Positions 34,496 to 45,577 of a DNA stretch of 64,000 bases are shown piece by piece. Source of the DNA: Anthoceros angustus (Eukaryota; Plantae; Anthocerotophyta); NCBI GenBank assembly GCA_010909165.1, contig MU008172.1:310001-374000 (forward strand). The letters are read 5' to 3'. The stretch's first letter is position 1, and every line of letters starts with the position of its first letter. Below the pieces are notes generated by a model that did no database searches, was not told the DNA's origin, and saw only the letters and a program-made list of their open reading frames with translations. A program made the position numbers and the translations under genes.

Positions 34496-36516
34496 ATGGG
34501 GAGGAACAAAATCCGGCCCGCTTGGCTGTCCAAGCTGAAGCAGGTGGGGACGTGCTGAAGGTGCAGAAGGGAAGCGAGTCGCCGCCGTCGCAAATTTCGC
34601 AGGGAGCGGGACGAGTCCCAGGCTCCGCCTTCAGCAGGAAGAGCCAGGACGCGCCGGAGCTGGCGCGCTCGCTCAGCCTGCGGCGAGCCAAGGCGCGGGC
34701 GGAATCCAGCAGATCGGACGGGGACGGGGGGCCGCCCACCAGCGGGCACCAGCTGTCCCGGAGCATCGACGCGCTCTACGCCCTGTCGCAGCGCAAGGGG
34801 GAATCGGAGCAGGAGCTGGAGCAGGAGCAGGAGGAAGAGCCGGAGCCGGAGCCGGAGCAGGAGCAGGAGGAAGAGCTGGAGCAGGAGCAGGAGCAGCGGC
34901 AGAGTGAGATATCGCAGGAGGAGCAAGTTCGGGGGCGGCGGGATCGGGAGAAGGAGAAGGAGAAGGAGAGGGAGCGGGAGGAGGAGCGGGCGCACGTTGT
35001 GCGGGACCTGGACCGGGCCACCATGGCGCTGCTCAAGAGCTCGCTCAAGCGGTCCAAGATCGCCAAGCACAAGGAGCTGGCGGAGAGGGCTTTGCGGGCC
35101 ACCGCGGAGCTCAAAGCCAAGACCAGATCTCTGGCGTCGGATGATTCCGCCTCGGTTGCGTCCGATCAGCAGCAGCAGCTGCACCGGAGGCCTTACGGCC
35201 TGACGGCGGGCGGGAGTGCGGGTGGAGGAAGGGCTGTGTTGAGGAGGAGATCGGCTTCCGACCTGCCTCGACCCAATTGGACGTCCGAGAGGCACTACAA
35301 GCACTCGCAGTCCACGTCTGCGGATTTCGAGTCGGATTCCTTGGATGCGGGACAGCCGGAGGCTTCGGTGGATGGCAGGCCCTCTTTCTGCACCAGCGAG
35401 GATGGTTGGGGGCCGGCGGGGGAGCGGGTGGATGTGCGGAGCAGTGATGACGGCTGGGAGAACGGGAGCAGGGGTAGCAGGGGGAGCAGGCGGAGCAGGG
35501 GGAGCAGGGGGAGCAGGCATTCGCGCTCCGCATTGGCTTCTGTCACCGGGAGCGAAGATGGGTGGGACAATGCCGGCACTAGCGCTGTGGCTGCTGAGGC
35601 TGTCGCTGCTGTCTCCAGATCCAAGTACTCTGCGAGGGAGCGGGAGGAGGTTTGGGATAACAGCAGCAAGGTGTCCGATGGGAGTGAATTGCGGGGCTCG
35701 TGGGGGTCTGATCTGTTTGGGAAGCTCAGGGCTCTAAGCCAATTCCGAGCCCAGGCGGCGCATGCGGATGCCGAGGCGGAGGCGGAGGAGGAGTTGGATG
35801 AAGAGGACTCGTCCTATTTGGAGGATGATGGGTGGGCGACAAGCGGGGAATCTTCCGGGGCGTCGCCGGAGAGGGAGTGGGAGACGCCCGGGAGGAGGGA
35901 GATGGGGACGCCCGGGAGGAGGGAGATGGGGACGCCCGGTAGAGGAACGCCAGGCAGGAAGGAGCTGGGTTTGCCGCCCATTTGGACGCCCGGCAGAATG
36001 GAGATGGAGCCTGTGAAGACCCCCTCCAGAAGGGAGATGGGGAGTCCCAGCAGGAGGGAGCTTGAATCTCCGACTAGACGGGCCGTGGGAAGTCCAGGGA
36101 GGCGAGAGGAGGCGTACCAGTACCAGTATGATGATTACGAGGCTGATCACAAGGTAGGGTGGAGGGAGGACTCTGAATCCGACAGGAAGGCGGCCAGGAG
36201 CCGAGCCTTTGAGGTGAAGCAGAAGCAGGGCAGAGCAAACCTGTCGTGCTTGTTGCCTACTGATATATCCGGGGTCGTGAGGGAGAGCGTGGCTATGGTG
36301 AAGTACTCGCAGGATCCGTATGCGGACTTCCGGCATTCCATGTTGGAGATGATTCTGGAGAAGGATATACATCAGTCTGACGATTTGGAGGAGCTCTTGC
36401 ACTGTTATCTCACGCTCAACTCGCCTCGCCAATATGCCCTCATCAAGAGGGCTTTCTGTGACACTTGGAATGAGCTGCTGGCGAGGAGGTCAAGAACTTT
36501 CTGGGGTGCCGTTTAG
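34496..36516 (+). CDS. OFP: OVATE family protein (OFP), ~670 aa; the N-terminus MGRNKIRPAWLSKLKQ joins the main frame through a 1-nt slip in GGGG (34546-34549) or a 59-nt intron (34544-34602)
   Basis: Canonical C-terminal OVATE domain (AMVKYSQDPYADFRHSMLEMILEKDIHQSDDLEELLHCYLTLNSPRQYALIKRAFCDTW) and the N-terminal AW-x-x-KLK motif seen in OFP1-type proteins. Confidence 0.92.
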
Positions 36517-38416
36517 CAGCATATCCCCGGGCCCGTCATGCCTCTTGGCACGACTGCCATCGGCCAACGCGCGGCAGTTGGCAAGGATGACGGTTTGAGC
36601 AAGGCAGGTCACCTTTCCTTCGTGGTTGCGGTGTGGGTGTCCTGGCTTAAGTGCCGCCATTAATTGCCCTCATTTCTAACCTCCGCTTGTTTCTGCCTCT
36701 GCTGCAGGAAGGGGTTTTGAAGCTGCTGGCGTCACTCTCTGGTGGCTGCCAGCCTTTATGGGGAGGGGTGCCGGTGGATGGTTGTCAGTAGAATGTTTTT
36801 GGCCTGGGAAAATGGGCACGCCTGTTTGGTGATGGAAGCTGTCAAATGATGAGTCCTCTCAAGGCTCGTCTCGCCTCTCTGACCGGAGGGTCTGTATTGG
36901 AAACGGTGAAACACCGCAAGTTCCATGTGTCCATGAGAGTGCCATTGTAACACAGACAGCTTGTCATTTAATCCGGTCTCCACGACTATGACGCACCGCC
37001 ACATTGTGCTGCTAAACTCGCTGCCTCCCAAAAATCCGCAAGGGTGGAGTACGTCATCATCTGAATTCGGGCCTTGTCAGGAGCACAGAACTGTGAAACG
37101 TACCTGGGCCCAGCACCCTCAGTTACCGGCGTCTACGTAGTTTCCAGGGAGCTTCACTGCGATACTGTGCTTCCGGTCTGTCGATGGATGGCTCGCAGTG
37201 CTGCCACTTCTACACCAAAGCATGCACACGACTGTTCCTCTGTCCTTCATTATACTACCACCTGAACGAGACCTCAGCATCCAAACTCTCCAACCCTAAC
37301 CGACAAGCTCTTGTCGAAGGACTAAGGAGAAATAATGCCCTTCAGACTCCCACCCTATCCAGGTCGCTCTCCTGACAACCCAAAAAAACCGACAAGTTTC
37401 AGCACGTTATTCTAAAGCTGGCACGATGGCTGCTCGCACTAACATCGTCGTTGAGGCAGCGACGATGGATGGTTTACAGGGAGTGAGTAATTTCTGGTAC
37501 CGTTTCTCGATTTGCAACGTTGGAACGACTAACAGTATTTTGTCACTTGTGATGTTAGTGCTATTGCTGATCATTCGCTTCCGTGAGCTTCTCTGAGATA
37601 TTGCACGTTCGACGAATGCCAAGGATGGCATGGACGTTCGTTTCAGTGGGTTCTTGTCAGGTTGCGAGTACTTCACTTTGTCTAGAGATGGTGGTATGAT
37701 ATTGAGGAAGATTTTGGATTGTAGTCCAAAGCCGAAGGTGGACACCAAGTCTTATCCCCATATGATGCTTCAACTGGTTGGGGAAGAGCAACCTGGTGAT
37801 GAAGGCGGTTCTGCCAGCCCTGGGGAGCATACCAGTACTGTGGTCTGTGCGACATTGCCAGAGGAAGTGGTCGAAAATATTACAATAGATATATCAACTA
37901 GATACTTAGTGCTCTAACCCCAAGGGTCACACCCCGTGATGTAAGGGTAGCATGGCTGGGATCGTACGGGACATGGAGGGATACTCCAGTTGGGACGAGG
38001 AGTTGGAAAGCGATCAAGAGACACACCCCTTCCAGAACGATGTGCAGAACGTGGAGTTCCGTATCTCCAACGAGGAGATCCTCTCTCGAACGATTGGCTC
38101 TCTTTCACAAAGCCCGCGCTCGAATGATTGCCCACAAGTGAATCATCTGGCATTGCCAACAGCAACAGCCTCCAACATGTTGCTAGAGGCAATCGCTGGT
38201 TGCCTTTCACTTACGTCCAAAAAATTCACGGTCTCCCCACTGGCCAACGCCAGCTGCCCAGTTTTGGAGTCTGAATCCCTTTACAGAAGCCTGAGAGTTG
38301 TCACTAATAGGATGTCCCTGGATCCTTTTCAGGGCATTTGCGATAACTTTTCTCGCCTGCCGACATGGTATCATACGCTACGCCTGCTCATGCCCAATCC
38401 ATATATCCTTCGTTCT

Positions 38417-41400
38417 TCATTCTAGAAATACCTGCTCCAGCCTTGCCTGACTCGTAGGATGCTTATCACCCCCAACCAGAAAGCTATGCACCAGCCCGTC
38501 CATGTCTGTCCACCAGCTCTGACCAGGCTGCTTCCATGCCCTCAATCTTATTCTCCTTGCCTGGATAATCCTTGCCTGCTCCCACATTTGGGCGCCGGTG
38601 TATATGTTCAGCATCAAGACATACGCTGCAGCATCTTTCTCGTCTAGCTTCAGTGCCTGTTCGAAAGCATAGCATCCCACCTCCACATTGCTCCACCTTC
38701 GACAGGCACTCAGCAAAGTGTGCCAGATAGCAGCGTTCGGAGATACAAGCATCGCCTTTACCAAGGCCAGTGCCTCATGAAGTCGCCCTGTACGGCCCAA
38801 AAGATCCACCATGCATGTGTAGTGATCCACCATGGGAGTGATGCCGCACTCTCTGCTCATAGCTTCAAAGTAACTTTTCCCTTTGCTCACTAAACCTGCA
38901 TGACTGCAGACTGTTAGTACACTAAGAAATGTGATGCCCACTGGCTTTATGCCATCCTCTATCATTCTGTGGATCAAGTCAAAGACAACTTCACTGTCTC
39001 CTCGACAGGCATAGCCTGCAATCAGAGCACTCCAGGTGACAACATCTCTAGTAGGCAGCGTATCAAAAACCTGCTGTGCATCAGCCATGCTTCCAGACTT
39101 TCCATACATGTCTATCAAACTGCCAGCTACAGACAAATTAGCTTGAAGTCCTTGTTCCTTAACCTGTACATGTAGCTGTCTTCCCAGATGTAAAGCTGAT
39201 ACATTTGCACACGCCTGCAGGAGGCACACAAATGTGGCGGGGTTGGGTACAGCTATGCCTTCTTCTTGCATAGCACTGTACAGGCGAAGGGCTTCTTGGC
39301 TCAAGCCCTGCTTGGAATACCCTGCAATTAAAGCATTCCACGATACCACATCCTTCTGACAAAGGCCGTCAAACTCTCTCTGCGCATCGTCCAAGCTGCC
39401 ACATTTTGCATACATGTTTATCAAACTGTTTGCTACGAACACATCACTTTGGTGTCCTTGTTCTCTAATCTTGGCATGAAGCTGCTTCCCCATTTCAAGA
39501 GCTGGGGTCCCCACTGTTGCACATGCCTGCAGCAGGGACACAAATGTGACAGAACTCGGTACGGCGATGCCTTCTTCTTGCATAGAAGTGTAGAGTCGAA
39601 GGGCTTCCTTTCCCATACCCTGCTGGGAATACCCTGCTATCATGGCATTCCACGTCACAACATGCTTTTGACCAAGTGCGTCAAAGACTCTCTGGGCATC
39701 TTCCAAGCTGCCACACTTTGCATACATGTTCACTAAACAGCTGGCTACAGACACATCATCTTGATGTCCTCGTTCCCTGATTTGAGCATGAAGCTGCTTC
39801 CCCTTCTCCAAGGCTGAGGAACCCAATCTTGCGCAAGACTGCAGGAGGCACACAAATGTCACACAGTCCGGCAAAATAGTGCCTGCTTCTTGCATAGCAC
39901 TGTAGAGACGAAAGGCTTCCTGGCTCAAGCCCTGATGGGAATATCCTGCTATCATGGCATTCCAAGCCACCAGATCTTTGTCATTAAGTCCATCAAATAG
40001 TCGCTGAGCATCTACCAAGCTGCCACACTTTGCATACATGTTCACCAAACTGCTGGCAACAAATGCATCAGCTTCATATCCTTGTTCTCTAATCTGTGCA
40101 TGAAGCTGCTTCCCTACCTCCAAAGAAGAGCTGCCGACACTTGCACATGCCTGCAGGAGGCACACAAATGTCACAGAATTGGGTATAGCAATGCCTTCTT
40201 CTTGCATAGCACGGTAGAGACGAAGGGCTTCCTGGCCCATCCCCTGCTGGGAATACCCTGCAATCATGGCAGTCCATGTCACCACATCCTTTTGACCAAG
40301 TCCATCGAACACACTCTGAGCATTTTCCAGGCTACCACACTTTGCGTACATGTTCACTAAACTGCTGGCTACAAACACGTCCGCCTGATGTCGTCCTTGT
40401 CTGATCTGTGCATGGAGCTGTTTCCCAATATCCAAAGATGGGGTGCCCACACTTGCACATGCCTGCAAGAGGCAAACAAAAGTGACAGAGTTCGGAACAG
40501 CGATTCCTTGGGCTTGCATAGAACTGTACAGATGAAGGGCTTCGTGGCCCATGCCCTTCTGGGAATACCCAGCAATCATGGCAGTCCAAGTCACCACGTC
40601 TTTTTCCTCGAGTCCGTCAAACACAATCTGCGCATCTTCCAAGCTGCCACACTTTGCATACATGTTCACTAAACTGCTGGCTATAAACGGATCAACTTGA
40701 TGTCCTCGTTCTCTAAATTGTGCATGAAGCTGCTTCCCCTTCTCCAAAGCAGGGGTGCCGAGACTTGCACATGCCTGCAGGAGAGACACAAATGTCACAG
40801 AGTTTGGTACAGTCATGCCGTCTTCTTGCATGACTCTGTAGAGACGAAGGGCTTCCTGGGCCATGCCCCGATGGGAATATCCTGCTATCATGGCATTCCA
40901 TGTCACCACATTTTTTTCACGAAGTCCATCAAACACGTCCTGAGCATCTCCCAAGCTGCCACACTTCACGTACATAGTCACCAAGCAATTCCAGACAAAC
41001 AAGTTAGGCTCGATATCACTGGCCAAGACGTCAGCGTGCACCTGCCGTCCAGTTTCCAGGTCTGATCCCCTTGCGCAAGACTGAAGGGCTGCGACGAATA
41101 CAAAGCTATCTGCCTTCACATTTGACCTGCGCATCTGGTGATACAGTTGCAGGGCTTGCTTACCCTGTCCGGTTTTGCCATGCGCAGCAATTATGGCAGC
41201 CCACATGCCGGCATCTGGCTGGGCAACCACACCGAACACATTCATCGCGTCTTGCAACCTGCCATGGGAAGCGTACATCCGCAGGATGTGGTTGCACAGG
41301 AACGTATCCGACTGGTACCCATTCTTCACCATGAGAGCATGGACACGGCGACCCAGAACAAGATCCTTCGCTACCACACATTCCTTCAGGACCGTATAGA

Positions 41401-41833
41401 AAAGAGATTTGGAGCAACAACAGTCCGTCAGCACCAGAATTCCCAAAGCCTCCACAGCCTCAGCGAGAAAGCCCTGATGGCAAAGCTTGCTCACTGTGTC
41501 AGCCGTTAAATCACATTCGTATCCTGCATCCCCACAAGGTTCACTATCACCCATCAAGCTCCATTTGGAGGCTGTGAGGTCCCGAGAAGGCTCGGGCCAC
41601 AAGAGCTCCTCGCCACCAATCTTGCTGGAAAATCCGTTTCCAGCTAGAAATGCTCCTGGTCTGAATGGCTTACTTGCGACCTCGTTGTTTGCCAGTGCCA
41701 GCACTTGATTCCTTGTTAGGCGAGCGGGAGCTCTTCCTCGAATGCCCGTGAACCCACCTTGTTGAGAGCAGGGAAAATGAGTCCACAACGGGTGCCCGTT
41801 GCCCGACTCAATTGCAACGCTCCAAACAGCCAT
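38417..41833 (-). CDS. PLS-class PPR protein, paralog of 22809-26053: L-S-P-L-S-(P-L-S)x6-P2-L2-S2-E1-E2-WW PG-box, no DYW deaminase
   Basis: Uninterrupted frame (open from 42001; likely ATG MAVWSV at 41833) with the same motif set, ending PGQSWWTDMDGLVHSFLVGGDKHPTSQARLEQVFLE*. Confidence 0.95.
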   Translation of the reverse strand: MAVWSVAIESGNGHPLWTHFPCSQQGGFTGIRGRAPARLTRNQVLALANNEVASKPFRPGAFLAGNGFSSKIGGEELLWPEPSRDLTASKWSLMGDSEPCGDAGYECDLTADTVSKLCHQGFLAEAVEALGILVLTDCCCSKSLFYTVLKECVVAKDLVLGRRVHALMVKNGYQSDTFLCNHILRMYASHGRLQDAMNVFGVVAQPDAGMWAAIIAAHGKTGQGKQALQLYHQMRRSNVKADSFVFVAALQSCARGSDLETGRQVHADVLASDIEPNLFVWNCLVTMYVKCGSLGDAQDVFDGLREKNVVTWNAMIAGYSHRGMAQEALRLYRVMQEDGMTVPNSVTFVSLLQACASLGTPALEKGKQLHAQFRERGHQVDPFIASSLVNMYAKCGSLEDAQIVFDGLEEKDVVTWTAMIAGYSQKGMGHEALHLYSSMQAQGIAVPNSVTFVCLLQACASVGTPSLDIGKQLHAQIRQGRHQADVFVASSLVNMYAKCGSLENAQSVFDGLGQKDVVTWTAMIAGYSQQGMGQEALRLYRAMQEEGIAIPNSVTFVCLLQACASVGSSSLEVGKQLHAQIREQGYEADAFVASSLVNMYAKCGSLVDAQRLFDGLNDKDLVAWNAMIAGYSHQGLSQEAFRLYSAMQEAGTILPDCVTFVCLLQSCARLGSSALEKGKQLHAQIRERGHQDDVSVASCLVNMYAKCGSLEDAQRVFDALGQKHVVTWNAMIAGYSQQGMGKEALRLYTSMQEEGIAVPSSVTFVSLLQACATVGTPALEMGKQLHAKIREQGHQSDVFVANSLINMYAKCGSLDDAQREFDGLCQKDVVSWNALIAGYSKQGLSQEALRLYSAMQEEGIAVPNPATFVCLLQACANVSALHLGRQLHVQVKEQGLQANLSVAGSLIDMYGKSGSMADAQQVFDTLPTRDVVTWSALIAGYACRGDSEVVFDLIHRMIEDGIKPVGITFLSVLTVCSHAGLVSKGKSYFEAMSRECGITPMVDHYTCMVDLLGRTGRLHEALALVKAMLVSPNAAIWHTLLSACRRWSNVEVGCYAFEQALKLDEKDAAAYVLMLNIYTGAQMWEQARIIQARRIRLRAWKQPGQSWWTDMDGLVHSFLVGGDKHPTSQARLEQVFLE

Positions 41834-43065
41834 GGCTCGAGCCTCGAGGAGCCTCTGGATCCCCCGCGGACCAACTCCGAGACAGTAAAATGCAAGACAG
41901 GTACTGTGTACACGTGATTGGACACCATTGAAATCGTGCTCTGAAGTTCGTCGATGTTGGACTGCCTCCGCGGTAACAGCTGCTTCATCGGGACGATCCA
42001 CACCTTATTCAGGATCGCCTTGTGACCTCAACAGCTCAATGGCATCAACCGCCATGACTTCCCGAGTTGTGGCAAATTGTCCTGTTCTTCCCTTTCAGTA
42101 TCGTATCGAGTTCGGCAAATCATCTTCTTCTTCCCTTCGTATCTTATCTGTATGTCCCGCTTGTGGTTCATCAGCTGAATCCCATGATTCCGAGTCCTAG
42201 CAAGATCGGCTCCTTCGTCTCGTTCTTATTTGTTGGACCTTGCTGGACTCCAGTCCGGAGTCCCTGGTCGGAACCAATCCAATGTGGCAGACAGTGGGCT
42301 TCCGTCGCAGTTCTTCATGGTGGGAGAGTTCATATTGGACTCTCCTTGTCCGCATCAATAAAGACTGGCATTCCTCCGGCTTTTGCTCATACAGTTTACC
42401 ATAAACAGACAGGGCGTTTCGGGTTAAGTGTTTACAATGATTGGCGGGGGCGAGCGACCATGCTGGCACCGAGACGATCGACCAGCGACACAAAGTTCCC
42501 CCCTCTCTCACAAGCGCGCACTTAGTGCAACGTACAATTAAAACAATAATAATTAAATATAATATTTTTAAAATAGTTAATATTATTAAGTAAAAGCTAT
42601 GTAACCTAATAAGGAAAGGACATGGCAAGTTATGGAGCAATGGTTAAGGCCATATAAGTCAATGTGACAAAGGCCATGCTGGCCAAGAGGTGGCTAAAGG
42701 CATTAAGGACACTGAAAAGTTAATCAACCCAATGTCAACCTATCTAAGGATTATAATGATTCTGTGGCCTGGAAGTCATTGAGAGGCATGTTAGATCTAT
42801 GTAGCTCTAGGGCAAAGTACAGGCAGCCCTTTATAGAGATGCAACCATGGCTTGACAATAGTGTCAAGTTCACTCAAAATCTCCCATAGCCTTGTAAAAT
42901 AGATTTGTTCTACATAACTTTGCAAGCATTGTTGATGATGCAAACATGCTGCTATCAAGAGTTCCTCACTCTTAATCTTCAACCACATGAGCACAAGGAG
43001 GACTGGAGCATGAGAATGCTGCTACATGGCCTGTAACTAATTGTAACGCTAACACAAGTGTCAAT

Positions 43066-43289
43066 TTGACAAGACCAATAATCAACCAAGCACTCCTTCC
43101 GATGACCTCATGGGCAAGGGAAGAGGAGCATCTACAATCTTTGACAAGACCAATAATCAACCAAGCACTCCTTCCGATGACCTCATGGGCAAGGGAAGAG
43201 GAGCATCTACAATCTTTGACAAGACCAATAATCAACCAAGCACTCCTTCCGATGACCTCATGGGCAAGGGAAGAGGAGCATCTACAATC
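43066..43289. repeat. 75-bp perfect tandem repeat x3
   Basis: ttgacaagaccaataatc...gagcatctacaatc at 43066, 43141 and 43216, with no mismatches seen. Confidence 0.95.
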
Positions 43290-43736
43290 AAATGTGAGGA
43301 TAGTTCCGACTCATAAGTACTGAAGGAGGAGATACATAGGTACTCTCCCCTTGAGGAAACGTATGCGCCCCTAGGATCTTATTTTCCAGATTACCCCGTT
43401 TACTAAAAACACAAATTTATCTTCCTAGATTATCCCATTTCCTAAAGAGCGCTTGCTGTTCCGAGAGGAGAGGGCTAACCATGAGCTGGCCGCTTCGTCC
43501 AGCGTTTGTAAGCCACCTTACCTCACAGGCTCATTGTTGGGAAGTCATTTTGTCTACATTCGTAAAAGCTAGAAATGGCAGAACTTTTTTCGCGATTAGA
43601 AATGGCAGAATGGCATAATTCGATTGTGCGCAAGGTCAAGACTTATACATAATGCAGTTGGTTTGCATTCTTGGCATGGGGTTATCTCCTTTTTAAAAAA
43701 AGTTATTATATTGCGCAATAACAAGTGGGCATGTTC

Positions 43737-43810
43737 GTCTGGATGGTGTAGTTGGTCATCACGCTAGTCTCACACACTAGAGGTCCCCAGTTCGAACCTG
43801 GGTTCAGACA
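43737..43810 (+). tRNA. tRNA-Val-CAC: tRNA-Val (anticodon CAC), nuclear type, intronless
   Basis: GTCTGGATGGTGTAGTTGGTCATCACGCTAGTCTCACACACTAGAGGTCCCCAGTTCGAACCTGGGTTCAGACA: 7-bp acceptor stem, CTAGT/ACTAG anticodon stem with loop CTCACAC, and GTTCGAAC T-loop/B-box. Confidence 0.97.
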
Positions 43811-43841
43811 TACATGTCTACTATGCTCTCTAAAACGCTCC

Positions 43842-43918
43842 TTTTACCCTCCTCTGGACAACTGAACCTTTTTAACTTCCCCTAAGCCTTTTAACCTCCT
43901 CGGTCAACTAAACCTTTT
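43842..43918 (+). terminator. Pol III T-tract terminators downstream of tRNA-Val (T4, T5, T4, T4)
   Basis: T-runs at 43842-45, 43869-73, 43889-92 and 43915-18, inside a diverged 47-bp tandem duplication. Confidence 0.6.
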
Positions 43919-44556
43919 AACATCCTCCACAGGAAAACATACTAATGGTACGTTGGGAAGGCCACGCCGGGGCGCCCAGACCTCCCCCCTTCATCTCTTC
44001 ACCGAGGCAAAGCTCAGCTGGAAGGTCCCCATTCCCTTTTTTATTTACACAGTGACCATGATCCTTTCGTGGGCAGCCTGGGCATGAAAATTATACTCGT
44101 GCATGCTTTCGCAACCAGACGGTTGCAACAACCCAAAGGGCCTTGTAGACGACACCTAAGAAGTATGTACCTGCGTAATCTAATTCTCCCTTGGGGAAAC
44201 GCTCTCCCCATGTGGACCCTCAAAGGGTCAAACCCAGCTTCCGTAAGTACGAGCAGATCTGTCTCCGAGGTTGCACCATCAGAGTGAAAGGAAACCGTTG
44301 GCACTAGACAGGAGCTGCGGACATTTCCACTTCCATGGCCCTTAGTCACGGGCACAAAAACCTGGGGAATGCCACGACAGCACGTGGACAGGCCGCAAAT
44401 GCTGCGCCCGACCGCCGGAAATTTCCAAAACGATCGCCTATCCTCGGGAGCTTGGTAGCTTGGTAGACGAAATCCTTCCACTGACTGAATGCACTAACCA
44501 CATTGTACCTAACCTGGTTTTCTAAGCAGCGATGCCAATATCATCGGCGGTACATA

Positions 44557-45577
44557 CTACGAATTACCAGCGGCAGCAGCTTCAGCTCGCTTCCTGACAA
44601 AGAAGGCATCTGTCCGGGCCAATCTCTTGACGGCTGTCGCTGGTAGGAATTTCTTCTTCCCAGGTAGCACTTCCAGGGTGCATCCCAGCGCTTCCAGCTT
44701 CGACTTAGCCGAGTCCGAGAACTTTGCTGCCTTTATGGACAGCTTCACATCCAAATCCCCGTCGCCCAAAACCTAAAACCCAGAGCAACAAGCTGAGTCC
44801 ACGGCAATCTCCTACCACAATTCATTCACACAACACGCGGGATCCAAAGCTCATACCTTCAACGGCAGCTTCCGTTCCCTGCCGCTAGGGTTGATGAGGC
44901 CCTTCTCCTTCAGTATCTCAAGAGACACCTCCTCCCCTTCCTGGAAATCTAGGCTGGCAATGTCAGACAGATTCACCGCCACATACTTCGGTAGCCCAGC
45001 ACCCATGCCTGCAGGCACCACAAGCGTCAAATGTCAGCCCCAGAGGAAGAACCTCACCTCACAACCCATTCCACGAAACCGCAATCACATTGTCAGCACA
45101 ATCCTCACCTCCAGCTATCCCCCTGAGCTTGGGCAGCCTCCGGTAAAGAGGCATCTGCCCTCCTTCAAACCCTGGCCGCACTCCCGACCCCGACCTGGAT
45201 TTCTGCCCCCGCATACCAAACCCGCAACTCGCACCCTGGCCAGCTGCAATACCACGCCCCTTCCTCTTGTTCCTCTTCCGGGACCCCGGCTGCGGAGACA
45301 GGTTGGAGAGGCGGAACCTCTCCACAGTGCCATCCTCCACGGTGGCCTCCGCCGCCGCCCGCACCGCCAGCGGCAAGGCCCCCGCGCCGGCCACTCTCCT
45401 GCAGCTCACGCCCGCGCGGAAGCCCTGGATGCTGGACACCGCCGAGGAGGAGCTTAGAGCAGCCCCATCGGCCTTCACCAGCCCCAGCCGCGGCCTCTGC
45501 AAGGCCGGCGAGGCAGCGCTGCCCGACACCGAGGGCACGCACAGCGCTGCTCTGCTCACCGACGCGAAACACGCCAT
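44557..45577 (-). CDS. RPL15: Plastid 50S ribosomal protein L15 with transit peptide: complement(join(44557..44772,44857..45008,45109..45577))
   Basis: [45 protein letters not shown]...[24 protein letters not shown] and LPLKVLGDGDL are uL15 signatures. Ser/Ala-rich N-terminus. GT-AG introns with consistent phases. Confidence 0.97.

Noticed and set aside
33393-35520. 457-aa and 593-aa - strand ORFs over the OFP1 promoter and 5' CDS
   Set aside because: Low-complexity GC-rich sequence (PGPGR, LLLL runs) mirroring the sense gene, with few stops expected by composition.
44005-44045. ggaaggtcccc resembling RNase MRP/P conserved region I
   Set aside because: It is followed immediately by a T-run, and I found no matching CR-V/P4 partner strand downstream.
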